Shown piece after piece: positions 30,682 to 41,048 of a stretch of 50,422 nt of DNA. This stretch comes from Hyphomicrobium sp. (GTDB taxonomy: Bacteria; Pseudomonadota; Alphaproteobacteria; Rhizobiales; Hyphomicrobiaceae), in the NCBI GenBank assembly GCA_051646145.1, contig JBOFCQ010000087.1, positions 1 to 50,422 on the forward strand. The letters run 5' to 3'. The notes beneath the pieces were generated by a model. The model had not been told where the DNA came from, did no database searches, and saw only the letters and a list, made by a program, of their open reading frames with translations. Numbering within the stretch: position 1 is the first letter of the stretch; every line of letters starts with the position of its first letter. Made by a program: the position numbers and the translations under genes.

Positions 30682-30703
30682 GATTGCGACAGGTGTCGCA
30701 ATC
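30682..30703. promoter_or_regulatory. Inverted-repeat operator, RegA/RegR/PrrA-like
   Basis: gattgcgaca-gg-tgtcgcaatc, perfect 10-bp arms containing GCGAC/GTCGC. Confidence 0.45.
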
Positions 30704-30757
30704 GTTCCACACATCGGCGCGGAATGTCAGGCGTTGCGATGGCTCGCTTGAAGCGCG

Positions 30758-31477
30758 CTAGACGGCGCCAAGCAGATGCGGCGCCGTCTCGAACATCACG
30801 TGCAATCCGACGAGGCAGGTGAAAGCGCCGATGACGAACTGCAGACCGCGGTTTGCAAAAGTCAGCGAACGCGCGGTGAGCGTGATCGGCGCCGCGATGA
30901 TCGCGCTGAGTGCGGCCATGCCGGCCGCCGTGCCGATGCCGAAGGTGACGATGTAGGCAAGGCCCCACCACGGCGACTCGATGGTCGCGGCCGTCAACAC
31001 AACGAGCGCCGCGGAACCCGCCATGCCGTGCACGAGGCCAACGGCAAGCGTGCGCCACGGCACGCGCTCGCGGTGCTCATGGTCGTGCGCCATGTGGCTA
31101 TTGTGCGCGCCGCTCTCGCGATGACTGTGCGCGTGGACATGCGGCGCACCTGCGCCATGGCGATGGGCGTGAAAATGCACGCGGTCGCGTTTCAGGCGGT
31201 AGAGCACGTGCGCTCCAAGGCCGACCAGCATGACGCCGACTATAAATTCGAGTGTGCCGGCAATATCGTCGGGAAGCGATGTTCGCAGGATGAGGCAGGT
31301 GCCGCCGACGAGCAACAGCGTCAGCGTATGTCCAAGTCCCCAGAACATGCCGTGGCGCGAAATGGCGCCGACGCCCTGCCGCCGGCTGGCTATGGAGCAC
31401 ACGGCGGCCACATGATCGACCTCGGTCGCGTGCTGCATTCCGATAAGGAAGCCAAGTCCGAGGGTCGAGATGAGCAC
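30758..31477 (-). CDS. Nickel transporter, UreH/NiCoT-like
   Basis: GMQHATEVDHVAAV, WGLGHT, His-rich loop, GLVHGMAGS. Confidence 0.88.
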   Translation of the reverse strand: MLISTLGLGFLIGMQHATEVDHVAAVCSIASRRQGVGAISRHGMFWGLGHTLTLLLVGGTCLILRTSLPDDIAGTLEFIVGVMLVGLGAHVLYRLKRDRVHFHAHRHGAGAPHVHAHSHRESGAHNSHMAHDHEHRERVPWRTLAVGLVHGMAGSAALVVLTAATIESPWWGLAYIVTFGIGTAAGMAALSAIIAAPITLTARSLTFANRGLQFVIGAFTCLVGLHVMFETAPHLLGAV

Positions 31478-31521
31478 GGCCGCAACTCCCGAGTTTCAAA
31501 GGCGGCGAAACGCCAAACGAT

Positions 31522-32463
31522 CTAGAGCTGCGTTGCCGAGAGTTCGCGCGCCATCCACGCGTACCAATCCGCCATGCCGGCGCCGGTCTTGGCTGAGACC
31601 TGCAGCACTTCGACGTCGGGATTGACTTGCCGCGCATAGGCGATCGCTTTCGCGACATCGAAGTCGAGATGCGGCAACAGATCGACCTTGTTCAAAAGCA
31701 GCACGCGTGCGGCGCGGAACATATGCGGATACTTGATCGGCTTGTCCTCGCCCTCGGTTACCGAGAGGATGGCGACCTTCGCCTTTTCGCCGAGATCGAA
31801 CAGCGCCGGACAGACGAGGTTACCGACGTTCTCGACCATCACGACCGAGCCGGGTTTCGGTTTCAGTTCGGCGAGGGCGCGCTCGACCATATCGGCTTCG
31901 AGATGGCAGCCGGTGCCGGTATTGACCTGCACCGCGTTCGCGCCGGCCGAGGCAATGCGCTCAGCATCATGCGCGGTTGCCTGATCGCCTTCGATGACTG
32001 AGAGCGATACCTTGCCTTTGAGATCGCGAATGGTTCTTTCCAGCAACGACGTTTTGCCGGAACCTGGCGAGCTGACGAGGTTCAGCATCAGCACTTCGCG
32101 CCCGGCCAGCCACGCACGGTTGCGCGCCGCAAGCGCATCGTTCTTGTCTAGGATCGCGTGCTGCAGATCGACGACGCCATGCCGATGCCCGTCGCCGTGA
32201 TGATGATGATGATCGTGGCCGTGTGTGTGACCGTGCGTGTGGTCGTGACCGTGGTCATGAGTATGGTCATGGTCGTGGCCATGCGGATGATCATGGCTAT
32301 GTCCATGATCATGAGCAACACTTGGGGCGCGACTGGGATCATGGATGTGGCCGGCATCGTGGAGATGTCCAACGATGTTGCGCCAGATTTCGTTGACCTT
32401 GCCGGTCTTGACGGTCGTCAGCGTGGCTTTCGCGCCGTCCGAACATCCACAATCCACGCACAT
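31522..32463 (-). CDS. hypB: Hydrogenase nickel incorporation GTPase HypB
   Basis: N-terminal CVDCGC, His-rich region, [32 protein letters not shown]. Confidence 0.97.
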   Translation of the reverse strand: MCVDCGCSDGAKATLTTVKTGKVNEIWRNIVGHLHDAGHIHDPSRAPSVAHDHGHSHDHPHGHDHDHTHDHGHDHTHGHTHGHDHHHHHGDGHRHGVVDLQHAILDKNDALAARNRAWLAGREVLMLNLVSSPGSGKTSLLERTIRDLKGKVSLSVIEGDQATAHDAERIASAGANAVQVNTGTGCHLEADMVERALAELKPKPGSVVMVENVGNLVCPALFDLGEKAKVAILSVTEGEDKPIKYPHMFRAARVLLLNKVDLLPHLDFDVAKAIAYARQVNPDVEVLQVSAKTGAGMADWYAWMARELSATQL

Positions 32464-32477
32464 GGCTTTCGTCCCTT

Positions 32478-32858
32478 CTAGATCGTTGCGCTGCTCAGCA
32501 TGTCGGGCTTCGGGCCGTCGCTGGCCGGTGTGTCGAATTCGTATTCGCGAACTTTGAGTTCTTCTCCGGCGATGCGATCGACGTCGCGGCTACCGCACGG
32601 ACACGGCGCATAGAGCGTCGTCGTGGCAAACTCTAAGGCGCATGTGCGACAGCGGCCGCGCCCGTCGATATCCCGGATGTCGAGCGTCGCGCCCTCGATC
32701 TGCGTTCCGGCGGCGACAACATCAAACGCAAAGCGGATGGCGTCGCTCATGACACCGGACAAACGGCCAACGTCGAGTGCCACGCGCGTCACCCGGCGGC
32801 CGGCCGCATGCTCCGCGACGATGGCGACGATGTTGCGCGTGATGCCCAGCTCATGCAT
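32478..32858 (-). CDS. hypA: Nickel metallochaperone HypA
   Basis: MHELGI, CRTC...CPCGS, GEEL. Confidence 0.95.
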   Translation of the reverse strand: MHELGITRNIVAIVAEHAAGRRVTRVALDVGRLSGVMSDAIRFAFDVVAAGTQIEGATLDIRDIDGRGRCRTCALEFATTTLYAPCPCGSRDVDRIAGEELKVREYEFDTPASDGPKPDMLSSATI

Positions 32859-32859
32859 G

Positions 32860-33927
32860 TCAGCAGATCCTCGGCAGTTGCTCGCCAACCAGCATGTCGA
32901 CAATGCGCGTGCCGCCAAAGACCGTCTTCATGGTCACACGCCCCGGCAGACCGGCGCGAACGGTGCCGATGGCAACCGCGTCGCGGCCATAGGGATGCGC
33001 GCGCATCGCCGTGAGCGCCCGCTCGGCGTCTTCGGGCGCAAGCACGGCCACGATCTTGCCTTCGTTGGCGAGGTAGAGCGGATCGAGCCCCAGGATCTCG
33101 CAGAAGCCGGTGACTTCGGCGCGAATGGGCGTTGCCGCTTCGTCGATCTCGATCGCGAGTTGCGAGGCGTGCGCGAATTCGTTGAGGACGGTTGCAACGC
33201 CGCCGCGCGTGGCATCGCGGATGGTGCGTGTGGCAGGTGCGGCGCCGAGGAGCGCATCGATTAAGCCATTGAGTGGCGCGCAATCGCTTTCAATCGGGCT
33301 GTCGAGCTGCATGTCGCCGCGCGCGCCGAGAATAGCGGCGCCGTGATCGCCGAGCACGCCGTTGACGATGACGACATCGCCGGGACGGCAACGGTCGACG
33401 CCCATGACGTATTCCGGCCGGATAACGCCGATGCCGGTCGTGGTCAGAAAGACCTTATCGCAGGCGCCCTTTTGCACGACCTTGGTGTCTCCGGTGACGA
33501 ACTGCACGCCGGCGGCGCGCGCGGTTTCGGCCATCGAGCGTGCGATGCGGCGCAGGAGATCGAGTTCGACGCCTTCCTCGATGATCGCTGCGCACGACAG
33601 GTAGAGCGGCTTTGCGCCGCCGACCGCAAGATCGTTGACGGTGCCGCACACGGCGAGCTTGCCGATGTCGCCGCCCGGAAAGAACAGCGGATCAACGACG
33701 AAGCTGTCGGTGGTGAAGGCGAGGCGATCGCCGTGCGCCGCAAGCGTCGCGAGTTCGATACGCGCCTGATCTTCGAGCGGCGCGAGCAGGCCGTTGTCGA
33801 ACGACGAGACGAACACGTCGTCAATAAGATCCTTCATGGCCTTGCCGCCGCCGCCATGGGCCAGCGTGACTTTTGCAACGTGCACCTGGCCGATCGCGCG
33901 TCGGCGGGGAAGCGGTATGACGTTCAT
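32860..33927 (-). CDS. hypE: Hydrogenase maturation protein HypE
   Basis: LAHGGGG, TTDSFVV, GTVNDLA, DATRGG, ANEG, terminal LPRIC. Confidence 0.97.
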   Translation of the reverse strand: MNVIPLPRRRAIGQVHVAKVTLAHGGGGKAMKDLIDDVFVSSFDNGLLAPLEDQARIELATLAAHGDRLAFTTDSFVVDPLFFPGGDIGKLAVCGTVNDLAVGGAKPLYLSCAAIIEEGVELDLLRRIARSMAETARAAGVQFVTGDTKVVQKGACDKVFLTTTGIGVIRPEYVMGVDRCRPGDVVIVNGVLGDHGAAILGARGDMQLDSPIESDCAPLNGLIDALLGAAPATRTIRDATRGGVATVLNEFAHASQLAIEIDEAATPIRAEVTGFCEILGLDPLYLANEGKIVAVLAPEDAERALTAMRAHPYGRDAVAIGTVRAGLPGRVTMKTVFGGTRIVDMLVGEQLPRIC

Positions 33928-35054
33928 GACACGGCCTCGTGCGTTTTGACGCCGCCGTATTGGAAGTAGGCGGCGCACGCGCCCTCGGACGAAACCATCA
34001 GCGCGCCAAGCGGCGTTTCGGGCGTGCAGGCGCTGCCGAACACTTTGCACTGCCACGGCTTGATGACGCCTTTCAGCACCTCGCCGCACTGGCAGGATTT
34101 CGGATCGGCGATTTTGATGTTCGGCATCGTGTAGCGCGCTTCAGCGTCGAATTCGGCATAGTCTTGGCGCACTTTGACGCCGGAATGATCGATGGAGCCA
34201 AGTCCGCGCCATTCAAAGAATTCGCGCAACTCATAAACTTCAGCAACCGCCGCGAGTGCGGGCGCATTGCCGTCTTCGGGCACGATGCGCGCATACTGGT
34301 TTTCAATTTCGGCGCGGCCTTCCTTGATCTGCTTCAGCACCATCCAGATCGATTGCAGCACGTCAAGCGGTTCGAAGCCCGCGACCACCATCGGCCGCTT
34401 GTAGTAGTCGGCGACGAAGGCATAGGGCGCCGTGCCGATCACCATGGAGACGTGACCTGGGCCGAGGAAGCCGTCGAGCTGCAAATCGGGACTATCGAGG
34501 ATGGCCTTGATCGTCGGCACGATGGTGATGTGATTGCAGAAGACCGAGAAGTTGCGCACGCCATCGGCCTTGGCTTGCAGAATGGTGAGCGCGGTCGAGG
34601 GAATGGTGGTCTCGAAGCCGATGCCGAAGAAGACGACCTCGCGGTCGGGATTTTTCTTTGCCAGCGCCAACGCATCCATCGGCGAATAGACCATGCGGAT
34701 GTCGGCGCCATCGGCCTTCGCTTGCAACAGGCTCTTCTTCGAGCCCGGCACGCGCATGGCGTCGCCGAAGGTGGTGAAGATCACGTTCGGGCGCTCGGCG
34801 ATGGCGACGCAATCATCGACGCGTCCCATCGGCAACACGCACACCGGACAGCCGGGCCCGTGCACCAGCTCGATTTCCTTTGGCAGCATGCCTTCGAGCC
34901 CATAGCGGAAGATCGAATGCGTATGACCGCCGCAGACTTCCATGATGGCGATGGGCCGCTCCTTCGCAAATGGGATCGAACGCGCAAGCAGCTCGATCTC
35001 GTGCAGCAGCGTTTTGGCTTTGTCGGCGTCGCGAAACTCATCAACGTATTTCAT
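33924..35054 (-). CDS. hypD: Hydrogenase formation protein HypD
   Basis: MEVCGGHTH, GPGCPVCV, GFETT, PGHVS, MVSSEGACAA. Confidence 0.98.
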   Translation of the reverse strand: MKYVDEFRDADKAKTLLHEIELLARSIPFAKERPIAIMEVCGGHTHSIFRYGLEGMLPKEIELVHGPGCPVCVLPMGRVDDCVAIAERPNVIFTTFGDAMRVPGSKKSLLQAKADGADIRMVYSPMDALALAKKNPDREVVFFGIGFETTIPSTALTILQAKADGVRNFSVFCNHITIVPTIKAILDSPDLQLDGFLGPGHVSMVIGTAPYAFVADYYKRPMVVAGFEPLDVLQSIWMVLKQIKEGRAEIENQYARIVPEDGNAPALAAVAEVYELREFFEWRGLGSIDHSGVKVRQDYAEFDAEARYTMPNIKIADPKSCQCGEVLKGVIKPWQCKVFGSACTPETPLGALMVSSEGACAAYFQYGGVKTHEAVS

Positions 35055-35743
35055 GCGGCCGCTCCTTTGCGCGCTGCCGAACCGCGATCGTCGGCGAGCA
35101 GCGTGTGCACCAGATCCCACAGAATGTGGTAGGCGATCACGTGGCATTCCTGCGTGCGGTGGATCGATTGCGACGGCACGATCAGACAATGATCGATGGC
35201 GCCGCAGGTTTTCATGCGCCCGCCATCTCCGCCTGCAAGTCCGATGGTGACGATGCCCATCTCGCGCGCCTTGCTGAACGCCGCGATGAGATTGGCCGAA
35301 TTGCCGCTGGTCGAAATGCCGATGAGACCGTCGCCCGCGCGGCCCTGCGCGATGATCTGGCGCACAAATACGTGCTCGAAGCCGATGTCGTTGCCGACCG
35401 CCGAGATCATGGCCATGTCAGCGAGCAAGTTCGTGGCGGCGAGCGCGGGCCGGCCTGCTGTGACAGGGTGCACGAACTCGACGGCCACGTGCGAAGCATC
35501 GCAACTCGAGCCGCCGTTGCCCATCGAAAACAGGCGGCCGTTTTTGCGGTAAATCTCGGCGACGGATTTGGCGGCGGCAACCAGTGTCGGCCCGCAGGCG
35601 TCGAAGAACGCGGCGTTCGTTTCGCGGCTTTCGCGAGACTTCTCGGCCACTGAATGCATCAGCGCGGCATCGACTTTTGCAGGGTCCTGGGCCTTGCCGT
35701 GGAGAAACGGATAAAGGCCAGACAGTTCTTTCTCGTTGGCCAT
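35051..35743 (-). CDS. SIS domain protein, GmhA-like
   Basis: GNGGSSCDASH, AVGND, ISTSGNSAN, TQECH. Confidence 0.9.
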   Translation of the reverse strand: MANEKELSGLYPFLHGKAQDPAKVDAALMHSVAEKSRESRETNAAFFDACGPTLVAAAKSVAEIYRKNGRLFSMGNGGSSCDASHVAVEFVHPVTAGRPALAATNLLADMAMISAVGNDIGFEHVFVRQIIAQGRAGDGLIGISTSGNSANLIAAFSKAREMGIVTIGLAGGDGGRMKTCGAIDHCLIVPSQSIHRTQECHVIAYHILWDLVHTLLADDRGSAARKGAAA

Positions 35744-35753
35744 GGGGGTGTTC

Positions 35754-36035
35754 CTATCGCAGACCGGAAAGGCGCATGGCTTCCATTTCAGCCTGCGCTT
35801 CGCCGAGTTCGGTCAGAATTTTCATCGTTTGCGCGACCTCTGCTTCGTCGATGCGGCTCATCGCGAAGCCGACATGGACAAGCACCCAATCACCAACGCA
35901 TGCTTCGACCGGATGTGTCTCCGATACGATGCAGGCGATGTTGACTTGCCGTTTGACGCCGCTGACATCGACTGTCGCCAGCTTTTTGATGGCGTCGTCG
36001 ATCTTCACGATGCGGCCGGGTATGCCAAGGCACAT
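35754..36035 (-). CDS. hypC: HypC/HybG/HupF chaperone
   Basis: MCLGIPG, GDWVLVHVGFAM. Confidence 0.97.
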   Translation of the reverse strand: MCLGIPGRIVKIDDAIKKLATVDVSGVKRQVNIACIVSETHPVEACVGDWVLVHVGFAMSRIDEAEVAQTMKILTELGEAQAEMEAMRLSGLR

Positions 36036-36039
36036 GGCG

Positions 36040-38466
36040 TCAGTCCTCCAGTAGTCTTTTGCAATCGTGTTCGATCGTGCGTGCGGCAGCGATAGCGGCT
36101 TGGCCGAGCGCTAGCCCGCCATCGCCGGCGGGCACGCGCGATTGGCTGAGAACTTTGAAGCCGTCGGCCGCGAGGCGCGCGCTCGTCAGTTCGAGCAGCG
36201 CGCGGTTATGGAAGCAGCCGCCGGACAACGCGACGGTATCGAAGCGTGGGCCCGTGGCACTGTCGCGCTGCGCCAGCTTTGCGACCATGGCCGCCAGTGC
36301 GCGCGCCAAGCCGCGATGAAAGCGAGCCGCCATCACGCCAACTGGCGTTTCCAGAATGCAATCGCCGAGAATGGCATTCCACACCGCCAAGGGCTCGATG
36401 TAGGGCAGCCGTGATCCCTTCGACAGAGGGATGGTGAAGGGATAATCGAGCGCGTCGTCGGCATTTTGCAAGACGTCGGCGTCGATCACGGCTTCGAGGC
36501 GGGACGCCGCTTCCCCTTCATAGCCCTGCGCTTCGAAGGCGATGCCCATGGCAGCGGCAGCGGCATCGAACAGGCGTCCGCACGATGAGGCGAGCGGCGC
36601 GTTGATGCGGTCGCGCAGCATCGCGTCGAGGATCTTGCGCGGTTTTGCGTCGAGCGCGCGGTAGACATCGAGTTCGGAAAAATTCATCGCGAACGCCGGC
36701 CAGCCCATCTCGGCCATCAGATGCGCGTAGAGATTGCGCCACGGTACGCGCGCGGCCTGATCGCCACCGAGCATCGCGACCGGTTTGAATGTCGCCACGC
36801 GTTCGAAGCCCAGATAGTCGGCAAGCAGGAACTCGCCGCCCCAGATGCTGCCGTCGCCGCCGTAGCCTGTGCCGTCGAGCGCGACACCGAGCACCTTGGG
36901 CGCATCGAGCGCATAACCGTTTTCGGCGAGGCAACTAGCGACATGCGCATGGTGGTGCTGCACTTGGCACACTGGCAACCCGCGCGCGGCCGCGAGCTTT
37001 GCGCCAAAGGCCGTGCTGCGATAGCCAGGATGCAGATCGGTGACGATCAACGTGGGTGCTGCGTCGAACATCTGCTCGTAGAGCGCGATGGTGCGCGAGA
37101 AGTCGTCGAATGTTGCGGCATCGTCGAGGTCGCCGATGTGCTGAGAAAGAACCGCCGCGCCCGCTTTCGCGAGGCAGAATGCGGATTTGAGATCACCCCC
37201 GAGGGCCAAAATCTCGGGAGCTGTCTCGAAACCCGCGGCCAAGCGCATGGAAGACGGCGCGTAGCCACGAGCGCGGCGGAGAACACGCATCGAACCGGCG
37301 GCGAAGCGCACGACGGAATCATCGACGCGATTGAGAATGTCGCGATCATGCACGAGGCCATAGGGCGCTATGGCCGATAGCTGGGCGGCCGCATCCGCGT
37401 CGGACGTGACCTGCGGCGCGTTCGATATATTTCCCGACGTCATGACCACGGGGCGCGCCATGCGCCGGAGCAGCAACGCGTGCAACGGCGTGGTCGCAAG
37501 CATGAAGCCAAGCGTTGTCAGTCCCGGCGCGATGGCATCAGGTAATCGTTCGGTGCCATCGGCCTTAAGCAGCACGATCGGCCCGGCCGGGCTTTGCAGC
37601 GCGCGTTCTTCTTCGGCGGAAACGGTGCAGAAGCGGCGTACGACATCGAGGTCGCGCGCCATCAGCGCAAACGGCTTCGTGTCGCGATGCTTGAGCTGGC
37701 GCAACCTCGTCACGGTGTCGTTGCGCGTCGCGTCGCACGCCAGATGATAGCCGCCGAGCCCTTTGATGGCGACGATTTCGCCCTTCTGTATGAGGCCCAT
37801 CGCGCCATCGACATCATCGAGCATGGACGATTGTTCGAAGCTGAAGGCTTTGCCATCGAAGCGCATCAGCCGCGCTTTGGGGCCGCAGAGATGGCAGGCC
37901 GTTGTTTCGGCATGAAAGCGGCGGTCGGCCGGGTCCTGATATTCGGCGGCGCACGCCTGGCACAGATCGAACGCCGCCATGCTTGTCGATTGCCGGTCGT
38001 AGGGCAGCCGCGCCACGACGGTCAGCCGTGGGCCGCAGTTGGTGCAGGTTGTGAACGGATAGCGGAAGCGGCGCGAAAATGGGTCGAACACGTCATGCGC
38101 GCAGGCTGCGCACATGACGGCATCGGGAGCAATTTCGGTGTTGGCCCTGCCGTGGCTGCTCTCGACGATCTCGAACGTCGCCGGCAGATCGCCGTCAAAC
38201 GGCGCGATCTCGACGCCATCGACGCACGCCAGCAGCGGCGGCTCGTTCTCCATGCGCGCGATCAGCTCCCACACCGATGACGCGCTGCCCTTGGCGCGGA
38301 TCAGCAAGCCATCGGCATCGTTGAGAACGACACCGGCGAGGCCAAGTTCGCGCGCGTGGCGCCACACCATCGGCCGGAACCCGACGCCTTGCACGCGGCC
38401 GCGCACGCGGATCTCGATGGCGCGCGAGGTGCGAGGCAGAGCATTGAAGCGCGCGATGGTGCTCAT
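36040..38466 (-). CDS. hypF: Carbamoyltransferase HypF
   Basis: GRVQGVGFRP, Zn fingers, KGLGGYHL, QHHHAH, DGTGYG, DGGLALGQ. Confidence 0.97.
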   Translation of the reverse strand: MSTIARFNALPRTSRAIEIRVRGRVQGVGFRPMVWRHARELGLAGVVLNDADGLLIRAKGSASSVWELIARMENEPPLLACVDGVEIAPFDGDLPATFEIVESSHGRANTEIAPDAVMCAACAHDVFDPFSRRFRYPFTTCTNCGPRLTVVARLPYDRQSTSMAAFDLCQACAAEYQDPADRRFHAETTACHLCGPKARLMRFDGKAFSFEQSSMLDDVDGAMGLIQKGEIVAIKGLGGYHLACDATRNDTVTRLRQLKHRDTKPFALMARDLDVVRRFCTVSAEEERALQSPAGPIVLLKADGTERLPDAIAPGLTTLGFMLATTPLHALLLRRMARPVVMTSGNISNAPQVTSDADAAAQLSAIAPYGLVHDRDILNRVDDSVVRFAAGSMRVLRRARGYAPSSMRLAAGFETAPEILALGGDLKSAFCLAKAGAAVLSQHIGDLDDAATFDDFSRTIALYEQMFDAAPTLIVTDLHPGYRSTAFGAKLAAARGLPVCQVQHHHAHVASCLAENGYALDAPKVLGVALDGTGYGGDGSIWGGEFLLADYLGFERVATFKPVAMLGGDQAARVPWRNLYAHLMAEMGWPAFAMNFSELDVYRALDAKPRKILDAMLRDRINAPLASSCGRLFDAAAAAMGIAFEAQGYEGEAASRLEAVIDADVLQNADDALDYPFTIPLSKGSRLPYIEPLAVWNAILGDCILETPVGVMAARFHRGLARALAAMVAKLAQRDSATGPRFDTVALSGGCFHNRALLELTSARLAADGFKVLSQSRVPAGDGGLALGQAAIAAARTIEHDCKRLLED

Positions 38467-39656
38467 GGCGCGCCATCCCATAGCAGCACGCGGTTGTTGC
38501 CGCTGTCAGCGATGACGAGGGTGTTGCCGCACGTCGAGACGCCGTAGGGCCAGCACAACGTGTTGCGGGCGGGAAGGCTCCATCCATTCTCGCCCTTGTC
38601 TTGGAAGGTGCGCTGTCCGGCGAGACCAATCGCCGGCACGGCGAGCGCCAATGATGTGCCATCGAACGCGGTCAAGCGGCAGTTGGCGGTATCGGCGGTG
38701 ACGATGCGGCGACCGAAGGCCGCCACGCCATACGGCATGTTGAGTGATGCTGGTGTCGGATAATACGCGGCTTGATTGTGATCGATGCTGCTGCAGTCGC
38801 GCTGGCCGAGCACGAAGTCACACGCCGCGCCATGCGTCGTCGGCATGGACGACCAAACCATGACGCGGTTGTTGCCGGCGTCGGCAACGAGTAGGCGTCC
38901 ATCGCAGACCGCTATGCCATGTGGCCAGCGCATGCCGCGCGCGTCAGGCGTTGCGCCGCCGTTGTCATCGCGGCTGTGGAAATTGCTTTCGCCGAGCACG
39001 ATGTCGGCCGGCGTGCCGTTGGCCGTCGGCACGTGATGCCATTTCAGAACGCGGCGATTGCCGGTGTCGGCGACGTAGAGCGCGCCATCAGCGAGCGTAA
39101 CGCCGTAGCACCAGTTGAGCGTGTCGGCGGCGGCGACGCCTGTCCCGCGATTGGCGAGCACGCTCGTAAAATCGCGCTGGCCGAGTACGACGTCGGCGGG
39201 TTGATTAGCCCGCGTTGGGTAGCCGTGCCAGATGAGGACACGGTGGTTCCACGCGTCGGCAACGGCGAGAATGCCATCGCGCGCAGCGATGCCGGTCGGC
39301 ACGTTGAGTGTTGCAGCGCTAGGTGCGCCCTTGCCGTTGCGGCCCTCCGACGTGACGTCCGGTTGGCCAATGCAAAATTCGGCGGGTGCGCCGTCGCAGG
39401 TCGGGGCCGTGGTCCATACCAACAGGCGATGATGGCCGGTGTCGCATACGAAGAGCGGGCCATTAGGCTGCGCCATCGCTGCGCCGCGCGGACCAAAAAG
39501 TGCGCTGGCGCTTGGGCGGATGGGCGCGGCCAGTCCATCGGCGGCGGCCGTTTGCCCAAGGATGACGCGCGCGCCGGCACTGTCGAGAAATACCTCGGAC
39601 CCTCCAGCCGATGGCGCAGGCAGTGGTTTGCGGATAGCTCCGAGCGATACGCGCAT
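38463..39656 (-). CDS. NHL-repeat beta-propeller protein
   Basis: Repeated AD(T/A/S)GNxRVLxW and VLGQxDF units. Confidence 0.9.
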   Translation of the reverse strand: MRVSLGAIRKPLPAPSAGGSEVFLDSAGARVILGQTAAADGLAAPIRPSASALFGPRGAAMAQPNGPLFVCDTGHHRLLVWTTAPTCDGAPAEFCIGQPDVTSEGRNGKGAPSAATLNVPTGIAARDGILAVADAWNHRVLIWHGYPTRANQPADVVLGQRDFTSVLANRGTGVAAADTLNWCYGVTLADGALYVADTGNRRVLKWHHVPTANGTPADIVLGESNFHSRDDNGGATPDARGMRWPHGIAVCDGRLLVADAGNNRVMVWSSMPTTHGAACDFVLGQRDCSSIDHNQAAYYPTPASLNMPYGVAAFGRRIVTADTANCRLTAFDGTSLALAVPAIGLAGQRTFQDKGENGWSLPARNTLCWPYGVSTCGNTLVIADSGNNRVLLWDGAP

Positions 39657-39658
39657 GG

Positions 39659-40534
39659 CTACCTCTGCAACCTCACTTCAACGCGGTTGCCGATGACGCG
39701 CACGGCGTGCGGTTGCAATTGCACGGCGGGCGCCGTCAGACACTCGCCGCTCGACAGGTCGTAGCGGAAACCGTGATAGGGGCAGGTGATAATGCCCTCC
39801 GCGACCTCGCCGTCGTCGAGGGCGAGGCCGAGATGCGCGCACGCATTCTGAAAGCAGGTGACGATCGATCCGCGCCGCGATAGCAGGATTTTCTCGCCGT
39901 CCAGCATGTCGGCCTTGATGCCGCCTTCAGGAATGTCGTGCAGTTTTGCGGCAAGGTGCCATTTGCCGCCAGCGCCGAGGGCGAACGGGCTGACGAAGCG
40001 CACGCTGTCGCCGTCCGTCGGCGTTGCGCCGGTGCCTTTGACCTGCAAAATCTCGGTGATCTCGGGGCACGCATCCTCGACGGCCTTCTTCACGCCGGCA
40101 TGAAACGTCAATTGCGATGCCGGGCACCCGTCGCACGCGCCGGTGAAGCGGACTTCAATCGAGGGCGGCGCGATGGCAACGAGTTCGACGTCTCCGCCGT
40201 GCGACGCGAGCATCGGGCGGATGCTTTCGAGCGCGGCCTCGACGCGTTCGGTCAGGCTTGGCTTGATGATGCCGTGCCGGCGCAGCACCGCATAGACGAC
40301 ATCGTCGTTGACGGCGCTCTTCATTGCGGCAAGCGCCGCCGGATCGCACTTCAGCGCGGCAACGAGACGGCGCAGCGCTTCGCCGTTCAAGGCTTCGATG
40401 GCCAAGCCGTAAGCTTTGACGGCTCCGCGCGGCGTGTCCTCCCAGCCTTCGAAGATCATCTCCAGACGCTCGATATCGCCCGTCAGGTGGGCAATATCGT
40501 TGCGATCCTGTGAGATGGTCTCGACAACGCTCAC
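39659..40534 (-). CDS. NifU-domain plus Rieske Fe-S protein (HucE-like)
   Basis: IRPMLASHGGDVEL, GACDGC; Rieske CAH...CPYH. Confidence 0.9.
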   Translation of the reverse strand: MSVVETISQDRNDIAHLTGDIERLEMIFEGWEDTPRGAVKAYGLAIEALNGEALRRLVAALKCDPAALAAMKSAVNDDVVYAVLRRHGIIKPSLTERVEAALESIRPMLASHGGDVELVAIAPPSIEVRFTGACDGCPASQLTFHAGVKKAVEDACPEITEILQVKGTGATPTDGDSVRFVSPFALGAGGKWHLAAKLHDIPEGGIKADMLDGEKILLSRRGSIVTCFQNACAHLGLALDDGEVAEGIITCPYHGFRYDLSSGECLTAPAVQLQPHAVRVIGNRVEVRLQR

Positions 40535-40541
40535 GTTGGCC

Positions 40542-40769
40542 TCACCGATAGCGCAGATTGCGGAACAGGAACGGCTGGATCGATCCGCCGATAAATCCGG
40601 CGATCGCGGCCGCGGCCCAGTGCGGCAGGCCGCCGAAGCGCAGTCCAGCGATGAAGAGTGCAGCCGTCAGAATGACGCCGAGCGCCAATTGCGTGTAGGC
40701 CTTGCCCGGTTCGGCAAACAGTTTGCCGCGCAGGAAAAGTCCGATCGAGTTTTTCACCATTTCAAACAT
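40542..40769 (-). CDS. Small hypothetical membrane protein
   Basis: 75 aa, two hydrophobic segments, tightly packed in the operon. Confidence 0.75.
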   Translation of the reverse strand: MFEMVKNSIGLFLRGKLFAEPGKAYTQLALGVILTAALFIAGLRFGGLPHWAAAAIAGFIGGSIQPFLFRNLRYR

Positions 40770-40779
40770 GCGAGGCCCT

Positions 40780-40989
40780 TCAGATCATGAATGCGGATGC
40801 GATGAGGCCGAGCGCGACGCCAGCCGTGCCGGCGAGTTGCCCGTAGAATGAGCCCATGAAGGCTGCGAGTTCGACGCCGAGCGCCTTGCCGCCGGTGACG
40901 ACACCACCCACAGCGCCGCCTGCAAGCGATGCGACAATGCCCGCGATGAGCGCGAGAGCCGCGGTTTCCAGTGGCAAGTTTCCAATCAT
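40780..40989 (-). CDS. Small Gly/Ala-rich membrane protein
   Basis: MIGNLPLETAAL...; GGAGG upstream; 69 aa. Confidence 0.7.
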   Translation of the reverse strand: MIGNLPLETAALALIAGIVASLAGGAVGGVVTGGKALGVELAAFMGSFYGQLAGTAGVALGLIASAFMI

Positions 40990-41048
40990 CTCGTGATGTC
41001 TCCCTCCGATTTTGCGTTGTGACGTGAGCGTTTGATTGCGTGGCAGTG

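Noticed and set aside
32190-32315. Repetitive DNA in hypB
   Set aside because: Encodes the ordinary His-rich nickel-binding region.
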